Shown here: one piece after another, positions 37,222 to 51,392 of the stretch
How positions within the stretch are numbered: the stretch's first letter is position 1
Layout: each line of letters starts with the position of its first letter
Origin: Novakomyces olei
Taxonomy: Eukaryota
DNA: 64,000 nt
Assembly (NCBI GenBank): GCA_016906335.1
Contig: JADEYG010000003.1
Coordinates: 372,001 to 436,000, forward strand
Direction: 5' to 3'
The notes under the pieces: generated by a model
What the model was told of the DNA's origin: nothing
Seen by the model: the letters and a program-made list of their open reading frames with translations, nothing else
Database searches by the model: none
Translations under genes and position numbers: made by a program

Positions 37222-38381
37222 ATGGTAAGAAGATCCCTATGAATGCTCAAACAATGCAATTCGAATCTGCTGCGGTCGACTAACAGTATCAGGCTGCCCG
37301 TCCGCAAATCAGTGTCTACGGTGTTGACGCCAAGGCGACGTCACAGACTCTGAGTCTGCCTGATGTATTCAAGGCGCCAATTCGTTCGGATCTAGTGCAG
37401 AGCGTGCACACACAGCTGGCCAAGAACAAGCGCCAGCCGTATGCCGTGAGCCGCCAGGCCGGCCACCAGACCTCTGCCGAGTCTTGGGGCACTGGCCGCG
37501 CTGTGGCCCGTATCCCCCGTGTCAATGGCAGCGGTACTCACCGAGCTGGCCAGGCTGCCTTTGGCAACATGTGCCGTGGAGGTCGTATGTTTGCGCCCAC
37601 TCGCACTTGGCGCAAGTGGCACGTGGCCGTCAACCAGCGTGAGCGGCGCTACGCTGTGGCTGCCGCAGTCGCTGCCTCTGGTGTACCCTCTCTAGTCTTG
37701 GCCCGTGGGCATCGTGTTGAGGAGCTGCAGGAGGTTCCTCTTGTCCTGGACGACGCTGTCCAGAGCCTGAAGAAGACCAAGGAGGCAATTGCCACTCTCA
37801 AGGCAGTCGGAGCCTACCGCGATGTACAAAAGGTCGTTGCCTCGCGTAAAGTACGTGCTGGCAAGGGTAAATTGCGTAACCGTCGCCACCGCCAACGCCG
37901 TGGGCCTTTGGTCGTGTACAACGAAGATGATGGTATCGTCCGGGCTTTCCGCAATCTGCCCGGTGTTGAGCTCGTGAACGTTCGTCACTTGAACTTGCTG
38001 CAACTTGCTCCGGGTGGACATGTTGGCCGCTTTGTCATCTGGACCAAATCTGCATTTGCCCTGTTGGATGATTTGTTTGGCTCAACCACTCAGCCAGCAG
38101 CGCTCAAGAAGAACTTTGTACTCCCCTCCAACATTGTTTCCAACGCTGATATCTCTCGCGTAATCAAATCCGAGGAAATCCAGTCAGTGCTACGTGCTCG
38201 TGGCCCTGCGCGCCAGAAGCGTGTACGTGTGCAAAAGAAGAACCCGCTGCGCAACAAGCAGGTACTTTTGCGCTTGAACCCGTACGCCAAGGTTATCGGC
38301 AAGGGTGCTGGCAGCGAGAAGGCCACCGACAAGGGCCGCTCTGCATCGGAAAAGTTTTTGTCTATTCTGCATGAAGATTAA
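37222..38381 (+). CDS. RPL4: 60S ribosomal protein L4 (uL4); exons 37222-37224 (ATG only), 37293-38381
   Basis: [37 protein letters not shown] and [10 protein letters not shown]. Confidence 0.98.
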
Positions 38382-39609
38382 ATGGAAAATCTGATAAAGA
38401 AAACTGGGTAGTAATAATCGCTTTAAATTATAAAAATCGCTTAAATTGTAATTTGGATATTTTGTACTGCTCCTGTATCTAAAAGATATGTAGTATCGTG
38501 CTTGTTTAGGGAGCGGACGTTTATGTACTCTGCCTCCATCAAAATGTGCCAGAATTTTCTATAATTGAGAAACTGGTTGGCCGCTTGACGAGCTAGACTC
38601 CATCGGACGCACGATTGATGCTATTCGTGATGCTTTTCGTGATGGCGGACAATAATTTCTTGTACAAATATCACGAATGCTTGCTCTGCTATAAGGAAAG
38701 CCTATCGCTGTCGCTATGTCACGTGTGCTTTATTTTTTTCCGGACTTGTCTACTTGTTTCAGACGTTATTGAAAGCTACGGTTTGGTTGTAAGTCCAAAC
38801 CCAGAAAAAAATGTGATTTAATAAATAAATGGGACCCAACAAAGGGATCACGAGGTGCGCGTGTCGCGTGGAGGTATTTAGGGTATTACACGTGAGGGAC
38901 AGTAGCAATTATCCCCACAAAAACGGCTAAAGTGTAGAATAAAAAGAGTAAAAATAATAAAGGAGTAATAATAATAATAATAAAAAGCCCAGTAAACGCT
39001 GTGCCGCCTTGGCCGTGCGTGGGTCTAGAGCCAGTAATTAGCCGTTGCCATACCGGCCTTTATATAGCAATAAACGCTCAAATACAGATTGGATAAAATA
39101 GTAAAAGAAAACTCTGAGCGGCCAACTAACGTGCTACAGTCAAACACCTAATGTACGAGCAAAACGCTGCAAAACTCTGAGACATTATTGGCACGAACCG
39201 ATTCCGCGTTTCTCTCTTCCCCGCGAAAATGCCACTCTTCCCAATCGGGAAAACTGGAATTAAAATCGCTAATGGCACGGAAACTAGAACGAGTATTTGG
39301 CGACTATCTCTGCGCCTGACGGTTACTTGTGAAACGATAGCGAATAAAATTAAATGGTGTCCCGCGTCACTAAGCAATTTAAGCAATATTACCCTTTCCA
39401 CTCGTTTCGGAGGGGCGTAAATCCATACATTTGCCGCACTTTGAAACGCCCGATTCGCCTCACACATAATTATTGTTTTTATTAATTAATATTCTGCCGA
39501 TCGAGCAGAATTGGAGAGCGGAAAAATTGCAGAGGAGTAATCGTCGCTTTAGTATTCGTCATTTAGTAATTGTCACCGTTGATTGACAAGTGTCGATTAT
39601 TCTGCCGCG

Positions 39610-39651
39610 CGTCTCGTCAATTACGTCTCGTCAATTACGTCTCGTCAATTA
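39610..39651. repeat. Perfect 14-bp triplication (CGTCTCGTCAATTA)x3
   Basis: Directly visible. Confidence 0.95.
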
Positions 39652-39940
39652 GCGATTTGCAATCTGCAATTTGCAGTCAGTACACAGCGTCATCGATACT
39701 CGTTAGCAACCGTGTTTGCGCTGTCTGATATGGTTTGTGGATTGAGGCTGTGATTTGTCGAGTACGCATTGGCTATCGTCTAACTTTTGTTCTTGCATAC
39801 TGAGCGGCGTGGATACTAATGGCGGACTGAATTGCCGGCGAGATTGGATAGATGGTCGAGGCTGAGCTGCTATATTGTAGAGGCACGTTTGAAATTTCGC
39901 AGACGGTCTATCAGCACGCCGACTGAAGCGCATATTACAC

Positions 39941-40158
39941 CGAACGATCTAGCGAACGCGTCTACACCGAACGGTCTACAGCGAAAGTTCTAGTGAACGA
40001 TCTAGTGAACTGTCTAGTGAACGATCTAGTGAACAGTCTAGTGAACGGTCTAGTGAACAGTCTAGTGAACGATCTACAGCGAACGGTCTAGCAAACGGTC
40101 TAGCAAACGGTCTAGCAAACGGTCTAGCAAACGGTCTACAGAGTCTACTGTCTCTAGT
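39941..40158. repeat. 12-bp minisatellite: (TCTAGTGAACNN)x7 then (TCTAGCAAACGG)x4 with degenerate flanks
   Basis: Directly visible; ends about 60 bp before the histidine kinase ATG. Confidence 0.95.
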
Positions 40159-40216
40159 CAAACAGTTTCCTTATTGCCCTCTAATTCCATTTTTTGGTCA
40201 ACCTTTACTTGGCGAA

Positions 40217-43200
40217 ATGTCGCAAGATTTGAGCCGGGCCGTCGACGCCTGGCCAAACCCCGCTTTCTCATTCAGTCTGGACGGCACGGGCGTACGGCTT
40301 TCACATTATAATTCTGCTTTTCAGCAGAGCATTGACCCTCGCCAGGTGCGGGATATAGTGCAAGGCAGCATGCAGGATTCTATAGCCGCCCCGTCTCAAA
40401 CGCCAGTAGCCTTGGCAACAGACTGGCGTGTCGTCACGGCGGGCAGTACGGATTACATAGCACTCTGCCAGACTGCTCAGCCTCAAGGCACTGCTCAGCC
40501 TCAAGGCACTGCTGCTGTACGCTCTAGTGCGTCTAGATCGCCTACTGCTACTATAGCGAACGGTTCTGCGTCTACGCGAACCTTTGCTACCCTTGAGCGA
40601 GAGAGCGGGTCGCCTTCTGCTCCGGATTACAAGCAGCTGGCTTACGCTGCAGCCTTTAACTGGCAAAAGCCTAAAACCTTTCCCGGCTACGGAGAACTGT
40701 TTCGTCAGCTTGTTTACCGGCACTGTGAAACACAAGATTTCCGATCGCTGCTATTAAATTTCGACTTTGAGCGAGTAGGGCTGCCTGCGCCAGCAGACTG
40801 GAACCATACGTTTTTCACGGCAGTCTCAGTCATGCTGACTTCGCCCTACCCAACCGCAGTTTACTGGGGCAATCGGCGCCATGTGATTCTGTACAATGAG
40901 CCGTACGTTAAAGTAGCCGGATCAAAGCACCCGAGGCTGCTGGGTCTGCCTTACAGCGAAGGCTGGCCCGAGATTTGGGCCGTTATTGAGCCCGTGATTG
41001 CCAGTATATACAGCTCTGGGGCAACGGTTAAAACGTTTTCAGATTTGCTCTTTATAAACCGCTACGTGGCCAATGAAGAATGCTATTTTGACTGGTCACT
41101 GATGCCCATGTTTGATGCGGGAGGCAGCGTTTGCTGCCTCCTCAACCCGGCTAATGAAATGACGTCAACAAAAGTTAAAGAACGGCACTTTTGCGTGTTG
41201 CAGGACGTAATGCCCTACAATCCTCCGTGCAATAATGTACGTGAGCACGTGTGGAATACGCTCAAAGTGCTCAGTGAGCACCCGATGGATATTCCTTTTA
41301 TCGCTGGGTGGTGGATGGATGAGTGTGTAGGCGGCTCTGCTCTTCAGAGAGCAGAGCTTTTTTTCTCCTCTGGCATTGGCAGCGAAGCTGATTGCCGATT
41401 GCCCTTGCAAATGGAGCTCTCAAGTGCACATTCAGGCACCTTGGCCGGCCGGGATTCAGACTCGGCCGAGAAGCTTTCGTACTATGCGAGCCAGTGCATT
41501 GCGCAAGAGGACAAGAGCGTCCTGATCAATGACGTCACCAGGATTATAAGGCAGACGTGTTTTAACGGGTGGCCGGAGCAGACGCGTCAGGCGGTAATGT
41601 TTGCGATACCGCAAACGTCCTCGCCGGACAGCGAACAGCCCTCCACGTCAATGGCGATGGCAATTGTCCTGCTCGGCCTCTCTCCTCGTCGGCCGGTCGA
41701 TCGTGATTACCAGTTGTTTATAGACATATTGCGCAGAAGCATAATCAACAGGGCAGCGAGCTTCCAACTCTTCCAGGAGAAAGTGTACCAATCCCAGCGA
41801 CTGGCGGAAATAAGTAACCAGAAACGCGTAGAACTCGGCCGAGAACTGACCAAGAGGGAGTCGGAGCTTCGGGACACGGAGGGCCGACTCTCCCTGCTGG
41901 CGGAGACGGTCCCCGTGGGCATTTACATCAGCGACGCTCAGGGCCAAATTACGTTTGTCAACGATTACTGGACACGGCTAAACAGCCATGTGCTGCCGCA
42001 GAATATGGAGGGAATGTCCTGGCTGGATTACATTCATCCAGACTCTGCAGAGACGGCTCGATCAGCCTGGAACGATCTGCTGCAGTTTCGTGTCCCCGTA
42101 ACGTTTGAGTTTCGCTGGCAGTTGAGCGATAAAGAGGGTAACTGGTACCTCGCAACTGCCACCCCAATCCTGGTGGACAATGGCAAAGCTATTAGGTTTG
42201 TGTTTGGAGCGGTTACGGATATAACGATGCAAAAGAAGGCAGAGCAGCTGCAAAAGGAGAGAGCCGAAGAGGCGATTGAGACGAGAAGGCAGCATGAATA
42301 CTTTGTGGATATTACAAGTCACGAAATGCGTAATCCTCTATCAGCAATGCTGCAGTCGGCCGATTACGTGTGCAACGAAGTCCAGCAGGCGAGGAAAAGG
42401 CTAAAAGGCGGCAGTGGAACAAGTAACACAAGTGCCACAAGTGCCACAACGCCTTCTGATCCTGTCACTATAGGCACTCTGCTGGACGAGGTGGAAGAGG
42501 CGGCCAACGTGATTATCTTGTGTGCTCAGTTTCAGAAACGTATTATCGACGATATTCTTACGCTGAGCAAACTGGACTCAAACTTGCTGCCCGTTATTCC
42601 CGTGGCCATTCAGCCGTTCCAGGTGGTCAAACAGTGCCTGCGCATGTTTGAGGGCAATTTAAAGGAGCGAGATATCCAGCTCAGTATGCACATCGATCCT
42701 TCGTGGACGGCTTTAGGCGTTGACCAGTGTGTATTCGCTGATCCAGCACGGTACAGCCAGATTGTAGTTAATCTCCTCACAAACGCTATAAAATTCACAG
42801 CCGGCCGGCCTGAAAGACGGATCTCGATTCGTCTGGCTGCTTCCTTGGCCCGGCCTCAACTTTTAGGCGTCTCCAGTAATACAAAGAGTACAGCTGCCAA
42901 TACCGTTACTATAGGCAATGGCAATGTCAACGCTCTTAGTAACAGCAGCAGCAACAGCAACAGCAACAAGCATGACGTCAGTGTATACACGAGTCTAATG
43001 AGTGCAGAGACAACGTCGGCAGTCGCTGCAGCGTCGGCGAACCATACGGAAGCCGGACAGCTGTACATTTCATTTTCTATATCTGATACAGGGTTAGGGT
43101 TAAGTCAGGATGAGCAGCAGCAGCTGTTCCAACGGTTCGCACAGGCGACACCCAAGACGCACATCGACTATGGCGGCTCCGGACTCGGCCTTTTCATCTG

Positions 43201-44017
43201 CCGAAAATTGGCCATTCTACAGGGCGGCGATATCAGTGTGGATTCACAGTCGGGAATGGGCAGCACTTTTTCCTTTTATATTGCCGCTCGGCGCTGGGAC
43301 GACGGCAGTGGCGGACTGCCGCCTTCTTCGCCTGGATCTGTGGCTTCCAGTCATGCAAGTCTGGCGAGCTTAGGCTCACAGGCCAATAGCCGGCCAATAC
43401 AGACGGCAAAGAACGACGTGGCTGACCCTAACCCTAAATCGCCAAAAGTGCGTCTTGGAGGCAAAGACGAGTCTGTCGCAAGTCAGCGAAACGCAAATAA
43501 ATCGGACCCAAATCAGTTGGACCCAAATCAGTTGGAAACAAATCAGCCGGAATCGAATCTGGCGCCTTCGCCCTTGCTAGGACCTTCGCCGGCTACAGTG
43601 CTGATAGTAGAGGATAATTTGATTAATCAGCGAGTTATTCAGAGGCAGCTAGCACGGTACGGACTGTCTACACTAGTGGCAAATCATGGGCAAGAGGCAA
43701 TCGAGGCAATCCACAACGATGTGCGATCAAGGGAGAATGGCCAGTCGGGTGGAGATTTACCCGTAATTAGAATAATCCTGCTCGATGTTGAAATGCCCGT
43801 GATGGACGGGTTAACTTGCTTGCAAAAGATTCGAGAATGGGAAAGAAACAGGCGGAAAAAGAGGCCGCCGTTGTGTGTAATTGCCATGACTGCAGACGTG
43901 AGAGCCGATCAGACGAGCCATATGAAATCGTTAGGGTTTGATGATGTAATCACGAAGCCTTTCCGAGTTCGAGACCTGCTCAACAAAATGGAAGCCGTGT
44001 TTGCCAGCAGGGCTTGA
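40217..44017 (+). CDS. Hybrid sensor histidine kinase (PAS-like, PAS/PAC, HisKA, HATPase, receiver), intronless, 1266 aa
   Basis: IHPD (PAS), SHEMRNPL, NLLTNAIKFT, DTGLG, GGSGLGLFI, VEDN, LDVEMP and TKP. Confidence 0.95.
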   Translation: MSQDLSRAVDAWPNPAFSFSLDGTGVRLSHYNSAFQQSIDPRQVRDIVQGSMQDSIAAPSQTPVALATDWRVVTAGSTDYIALCQTAQPQGTAQPQGTAAVRSSASRSPTATIANGSASTRTFATLERESGSPSAPDYKQLAYAAAFNWQKPKTFPGYGELFRQLVYRHCETQDFRSLLLNFDFERVGLPAPADWNHTFFTAVSVMLTSPYPTAVYWGNRRHVILYNEPYVKVAGSKHPRLLGLPYSEGWPEIWAVIEPVIASIYSSGATVKTFSDLLFINRYVANEECYFDWSLMPMFDAGGSVCCLLNPANEMTSTKVKERHFCVLQDVMPYNPPCNNVREHVWNTLKVLSEHPMDIPFIAGWWMDECVGGSALQRAELFFSSGIGSEADCRLPLQMELSSAHSGTLAGRDSDSAEKLSYYASQCIAQEDKSVLINDVTRIIRQTCFNGWPEQTRQAVMFAIPQTSSPDSEQPSTSMAMAIVLLGLSPRRPVDRDYQLFIDILRRSIINRAASFQLFQEKVYQSQRLAEISNQKRVELGRELTKRESELRDTEGRLSLLAETVPVGIYISDAQGQITFVNDYWTRLNSHVLPQNMEGMSWLDYIHPDSAETARSAWNDLLQFRVPVTFEFRWQLSDKEGNWYLATATPILVDNGKAIRFVFGAVTDITMQKKAEQLQKERAEEAIETRRQHEYFVDITSHEMRNPLSAMLQSADYVCNEVQQARKRLKGGSGTSNTSATSATTPSDPVTIGTLLDEVEEAANVIILCAQFQKRIIDDILTLSKLDSNLLPVIPVAIQPFQVVKQCLRMFEGNLKERDIQLSMHIDPSWTALGVDQCVFADPARYSQIVVNLLTNAIKFTAGRPERRISIRLAASLARPQLLGVSSNTKSTAANTVTIGNGNVNALSNSSSNSNSNKHDVSVYTSLMSAETTSAVAAASANHTEAGQLYISFSISDTGLGLSQDEQQQLFQRFAQATPKTHIDYGGSGLGLFICRKLAILQGGDISVDSQSGMGSTFSFYIAARRWDDGSGGLPPSSPGSVASSHASLASLGSQANSRPIQTAKNDVADPNPKSPKVRLGGKDESVASQRNANKSDPNQLDPNQLETNQPESNLAPSPLLGPSPATVLIVEDNLINQRVIQRQLARYGLSTLVANHGQEAIEAIHNDVRSRENGQSGGDLPVIRIILLDVEMPVMDGLTCLQKIREWERNRRKKRPPLCVIAMTADVRADQTSHMKSLGFDDVITKPFRVRDLLNKMEAVFASRA

Positions 44018-44516
44018 CTTGTCATTGTGACTAGTGGTGGCTAATCTAGTTTTTACTAGTCTGAATAACGGCAGTGTGTTACTAGCCAGCTTCAAGTCTA
44101 TGATGATACTAGCGTTGGCAGGATAGACTAGACTATCATGTTTATATCTTTATGTATACGAGATTATGAAGTGTATGTGTGCCATTGATGAAATTGAATT
44201 TATTGTTTTATCATAATTCACATGGAACCCAATCCTCGACTTGTAACCGTGCTAGCTGTAGCGGGCGAGGAATGATTTGCCGTTCTAGTCCAAAGCAATA
44301 GTGTTATAATACAATGTAGAAAATAATAAAGAGACCAAAACACCTCAAGACCGATAAAAATGGCTTTTTCATGATGCGCAAAGGGGGGGTATTATGTTAA
44401 AGACAGCCGAGCAAGAATGATTAGGAGACACTTGACTCGGCCATTCTCTAGGTACAAGAAAAGTTCAACCGGTGGCACCGTTCATCCGGATACCTCTCTA
44501 ATCTGCCAATCGACAA

Positions 44517-45655
44517 TTATTCAAAAAGGACAAATTCCACGATACGCCTGCCGACAAAGGCGCCGTCGTGCTTGTAGTTTAGGGAAGAAAGAATTCGAGG
44601 CATATCAGGATGATTCTCTGGTTTCACGTACTCGTGCAAAAGTTTGCGCATAAGCCCAGCATTGAACTCTGGATGGCCTTGAAAAGAGAGGACTCTGCCG
44701 GGCAGCAAATGAATCTGCTGAGCCGTCTTTGAAGAAGAGCCAAGTGTGTGGAAGTGAGGTGGAGGAGTATCGACATGCCGTCTATGAAACTGATGTAGAG
44801 CAAGCATCGGATGAGTCGGAGTGTTGAACCGTCTAAATGGATCTAATTGTGCAGCAAACTGCTCAGTGCTCGTACTGTTACTTGTTCCCTGTACCCGTTG
44901 GCCACGCTCAGTCTCGTCTTCCTCATCCTCGTCAGTCTCGTCTGACGCGTTTGGCACATCTCGGAGAGGTCGGGCCGGTAAAGCCCGATGCCGGTGCCGA
45001 GGCGACTCGACGTTCTGGCCGGGACGGGAGAATTTATAAAAGAATCTCTCGCCCTCGGCATTAAGCGCGACCGGTGTTACCCCCAACTCGTAGCCGTCAG
45101 GGTTTTCTCCAACAAGGCCGCCAAAAGCTCTGGCCAGGATTTGGTGGCCCCAGCAGAATCCGATCATCTTGAGCTGCGGGAAATCGGTATGCGCTATACG
45201 CAAGAAATCAAGCATTCGTAGAATCCACGGAGAGTCCCAATACGGAGCGTCGTCTGGTCGTTAGTATGGCCAATGGAACACAGACCGTCAATCAAGGCTG
45301 ACGTAAACCCTAGGGTTAAATAAATGAGCACTTACTTCCGCCAGTGAGCATAATCGCGTCGAGATCCGCCACCTCGTCGGGGGACGGGTACTCCATTTTT
45401 ACAACACAGTCATAGGCAGAGAACTGGAGCTGCACGTTGTGGCCGTGTTTCCGGTTGAAAGCGGAAACTGCTTCCTCCACGAATATACGGTATATATCTT
45501 GCGACGAGGGTATATGCTTTTGCCGGTAATCACGTGGCCGGGCACACACGAGCAGAGCAATCTGGCATTAGAAGCTGAGGGAAAAGACAGCTGAGGGAAA
45601 AGACTTGTGCTGAAATGTGACTTCTTACTTTTAACGTCGGCTGAACTGCCACCAT
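44517..45655 (-). CDS. Class I glutamine amidotransferase-like protein; exons 45655-45629, 45561-45336, 45253-44517
   Basis: KIALLVC, LTGG, GFCWGHQ (catalytic Cys) and FQGHPEF (His/Glu). Confidence 0.9.
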
Positions 45656-46702
45656 ATTCGCTGAGCTCCAAGCACGAGTCGCGGCTCTGTAATAATATGT
45701 ACGCGTCGATCCGTGCGTATATATACTGTCGCGCCTTGTGTCCGGAATCGTGGCGGTCTCGACAGCGCATTCGTGATTTGCTACAACGATTTCGAATCCT
45801 GCGAATTTCAAGTAACCGTGGGAATATGACTAGTCGTTGTGTGTCAAACGGAATTATTATATGCAATTAAGTCATATGCTCGTCACAACCGGCCTCGCAG
45901 ATCACGTGTTTCCTTGTTTGTCATAAGTATATTAATATGCATTAGCGATAGAGTCCGTTCTCATTGCATTATTGCTTTTATTGCTTTATTTATTGCACTG
46001 TTTTCGATCGACACGATTCTTTCGCGATTCTTACACGATTCTTTACGATTCTTATACGGTCAATCTATATATGACAGGTCTTTGTAGTTACTGTCGTGCA
46101 CGACTGTTTGATAGGCCAATTGGCAGCTCAAAAGCCGATTCAATGTTTGCCCAATATTACTCGTTAAAGCGTGAGTGCTATTCGAGCATTTTGATTGTAC
46201 TATTGGAAAATAAACACAGAAATTGAGGGTTATTAATGTGACAGATATTTGGATCAAGTCTCAGAGGCCTATGACTGTTCATTGTTTACACAAACAAGTA
46301 GCCAGAATAGTAGAATAGTAGAATTCACAGGTTGAAGGTTTTCTCTAATTTCAAGTCTCTTCTAATTTCAAACGTGTACTCTACGCCTTTGCTTCTCAAG
46401 CTGATATGCAGAGATATATTTAGACGCTGCTATATCCGGAGGACGACAATCACGACCTCATACTTTGACCATTCGAGGGTTTCCTGCCACCATTACTTGC
46501 GTGAACCGTTATCGTACGGAAATCGGTACGAATAACCGGTATGGCCATAGGATTACTTGTCGATACTACTTGTTTCATTTTGTACCACTTCGTCCTTAAA
46601 ATTCACAATCCTTTAGGGTTAAGGAATATATGCTTCCGCAATATTCGATCCGCATTTCGCTATCCGCATATATAACAACAAAGTGCCGCAGCCGCGATTT
46701 AA

Positions 46703-48565
<1,863 letters not shown>

Positions 48566-49003
48566 ATCGGTTTATTGGAACCTAGTTGTGCTTTTTGCGT
48601 CTCTGCTTTGTTGGACTGGAAAGGAAGTATGAAATTTTATAGCTGCTCTGAATTTGGGAAGGTATACATCAAAAGATACATGAATATAAAGATTTGGAAA
48701 GAGGTTCGAGTGTGTAAAAGTAGGCTCGGCTTTCACTGTATTATAGACCGTTTCCAATCCATATTTTAGTCCGAATGAAAAGAGCAAAAGAAGGTATTAA
48801 ATATGTCGGGTGGCCGCAGTTTCATCGTTATTGAATCAATGCGCTCGATATAATGAATGGCAAGTAATGTTGAAATAATAAAAAATTAAGACCTTAAATT
48901 AATAATTTATAAACTTTGAAAATCAGCTAATAGATTAAAATAAGTATTAGTAGACTCGAGCAAGTAGTCCGGTAAAATCCTGCCGCTTCTAAACAATCTC
49001 TGC

Positions 49004-50995
49004 CTAATCCTGCTCGGTTGTCGTCGGCGCTTGTGCTGCCTCTGACGCTTTTGTGCCCGACAAAGGCACAAACTCTTGCCATTGAGCAATAAGACCTCGA
49101 TAAAACTCGACCTGTGCACTGGCCAATCGGTCCAAGGAACTCCGGATTTCTGCTGAACGAATCTCGTGAACAATCTCGCTTTCCTTAAACACTTCACTGT
49201 TGAAGGCCTCGCTCTGAACTTTTGCTCGCTCTGTCTCCCTTTCCAATTCCTCAACCCTGATCTGCACTTTACGCAATCGGTCTCTCCGGCTCTGTTCATG
49301 ATCAACGCCTCGTAAATCTTCGACTTTATTGCGTATAAACCCACTCGCCGAATGACCTCCTGACGGACGCAGAAGGGTATCGCGTTCGTGTAAACTGCGA
49401 TTGAGATACTCTGTTAATCCTTCCAAGTCTAACTGCTTTTGATCACGCGCCTTAAGGAGCGATTTAAACGAGTTTAGGTACCCCTCCAAATCTCGCAGTG
49501 ACGTAATATATTCCTGGTCCGTGTGCTCTTTCTGCGTACATTAGCGACAAAGTAAACCTAGAAATAAATAAATAAATGTAAATAAATAAATAATCAATTA
49601 AATTGATTAAATGAAAATATACGAATATATTTGTCTAAAATTATTTAAATAAATACTTACTAAATCACGAAACAACTCACTCGTCCCCTTGAGTGCACGT
49701 TCAAACGCAAGCAGGGAACTTTCTAGTGCCGGTTCCGTTTTCGACAGTTTATCAATCATGGTAGCTAAATCCTGAAAGTCTCCATCTAGCTCAGTCTCCC
49801 GCCGAACCAGTTTAATCACTAATTTTTCCAGTGAAGCCAGCCCACCTGTCAATTTGTCTGCACTTTCACGAAACTCGATAAAACGGCCGTCTGGGTTAGA
49901 AATCTTGGAAAAGGCATTTAGTAAAGCGTCTCCAAAACCTTCAAAGACGCCTTGGTTACGATCAAGGGTACCAGAATCACTAGATTGTCCGCCATACTGT
50001 CCTTTTGTAGGATTAACAGCCAATTTTGGAGCCGCTGAAGAAGCTGAACCTCTGGGCGAGCGCATATGAGCAGAACGTGTATACGCGTTCCAGTCATTTG
50101 ATTCGAGAAAAGTAGCCAAATGCGGCGACCTCCGTAGTATTGGGTGCATAGTCAGTCGCTGTAAGAACCTGTTTAGTGACTGGCAGCGTTTAAGAGTGAA
50201 GTCGGTGCCGAATCGGTCGCCTTTAATGTACTCTGAATATAATGTGAGTATTAGAGATAGGATATATATGTACATGAATATTCAAATAGCAATCATAAAA
50301 TGAATAAAAAATAAGAAAAACCATAGCGCACAACGAAGAATGAGCAAGAAAATTGATAAACTTAACGTATGCAGAGCTTAGAGGCTTGAGACAAGATTAT
50401 TAGGGAACTGTGAACCCATGAAAAGCTGACAGAAATCTGACATAAATCTGGACACAAAAGATTCTTGATTTTGTGGAGCAAAACCCCGTCAAAAGCACAA
50501 ATAGAAAATGAAGTAACATAAAATTAAACAATACAACTTACCCAGTTTATGCTTGCTGGGAAGCGGGGGAATTGCAATCGCCTGGTATTCTCGTGATAAG
50601 GCGTTTGCTAGAAAAACAAAGTCTGTAAACCTTCGACGCACATCAATAATGCTTCTTTGGAAAATAGGCATATTAGTCTCCGTGTGCACTTTGTATGAAA
50701 TAAAACTGTCTTTAGACCCGTCCGCCTCCTTTCGCGGCTCCGAAACAGAGCATTCTAGCATATCGCGAAACTGTATTACTGAAGCGTAGCCAGCTGCATT
50801 CGAAGAAGAGGCTCCCGGCGTGTCGGCAGGTTTATCGTCCTCCTGTTCCGCCTCTGTACTTTCCGCAACAGCTTCACTGCCTTGATCCGCTCCATTTTCA
50901 GTGGGAACAAAGCTTTGGCTCTCATCAGCTTGTGCAGACTCGGACTGCACTTGCTCATCCGAGCCAATTTCGCCTTTCCATTCGGAACGATCCAT
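49004..50995 (-). CDS. SNX4: Sorting nexin-4 (PX-BAR); exons 50995-50542, 50232-49661, 49531-49004; start codon uncertain
   Basis: KDSFISY, VRRRFTDFVFL, PPLPSKHKLEYIKGDRF, RDQKQLDLEGLTEYL and KVEDLRGVDHE. Confidence 0.92.
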
Positions 50996-51392
50996 AGTCA
51001 AAGAATCGTAGCGTGAGTACCCCACGCGTACGTACTCGCTATCGACAATCTTACACAATATAATACAAACGAATAATTAATTATTATATTGTGCTTTTGT
51101 ATATTACGAATGTTATAATTTAAATTATATTACAGTTTTTATTTATTACTATTACTGTCAAAGTATTATATTTTAGCTTCTATATTATATTATATTATTA
51201 TATTTTCCTATATCTATAATTATTTTTATATTTATATTTATAATGATTTTATATTTATAATTTATAAATCTATCATTATTTATCCCGAATTGACTTTGCT
51301 GCAGCCCCCGTGAACTCAGAATTTCATTATCCTCTTGCCAAATAATATACATCAATGATATCCAAAGCATTCATGTACTATGAAAGCAGCCA

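Noticed and set aside
39976..40161. Minus-strand ORF (RPFA)n(LDRS)n and CRISPR-like appearance
   Set aside because: Translation of the minisatellite; no unique spacers, no cas genes, eukaryotic context.
45530..45811. Apparent frameshifts among overlapping ORFs at the GATase 5' end and similar split ORFs elsewhere
   Set aside because: All resolved by ordinary GT-AG introns; no recoding or pseudogene is needed.
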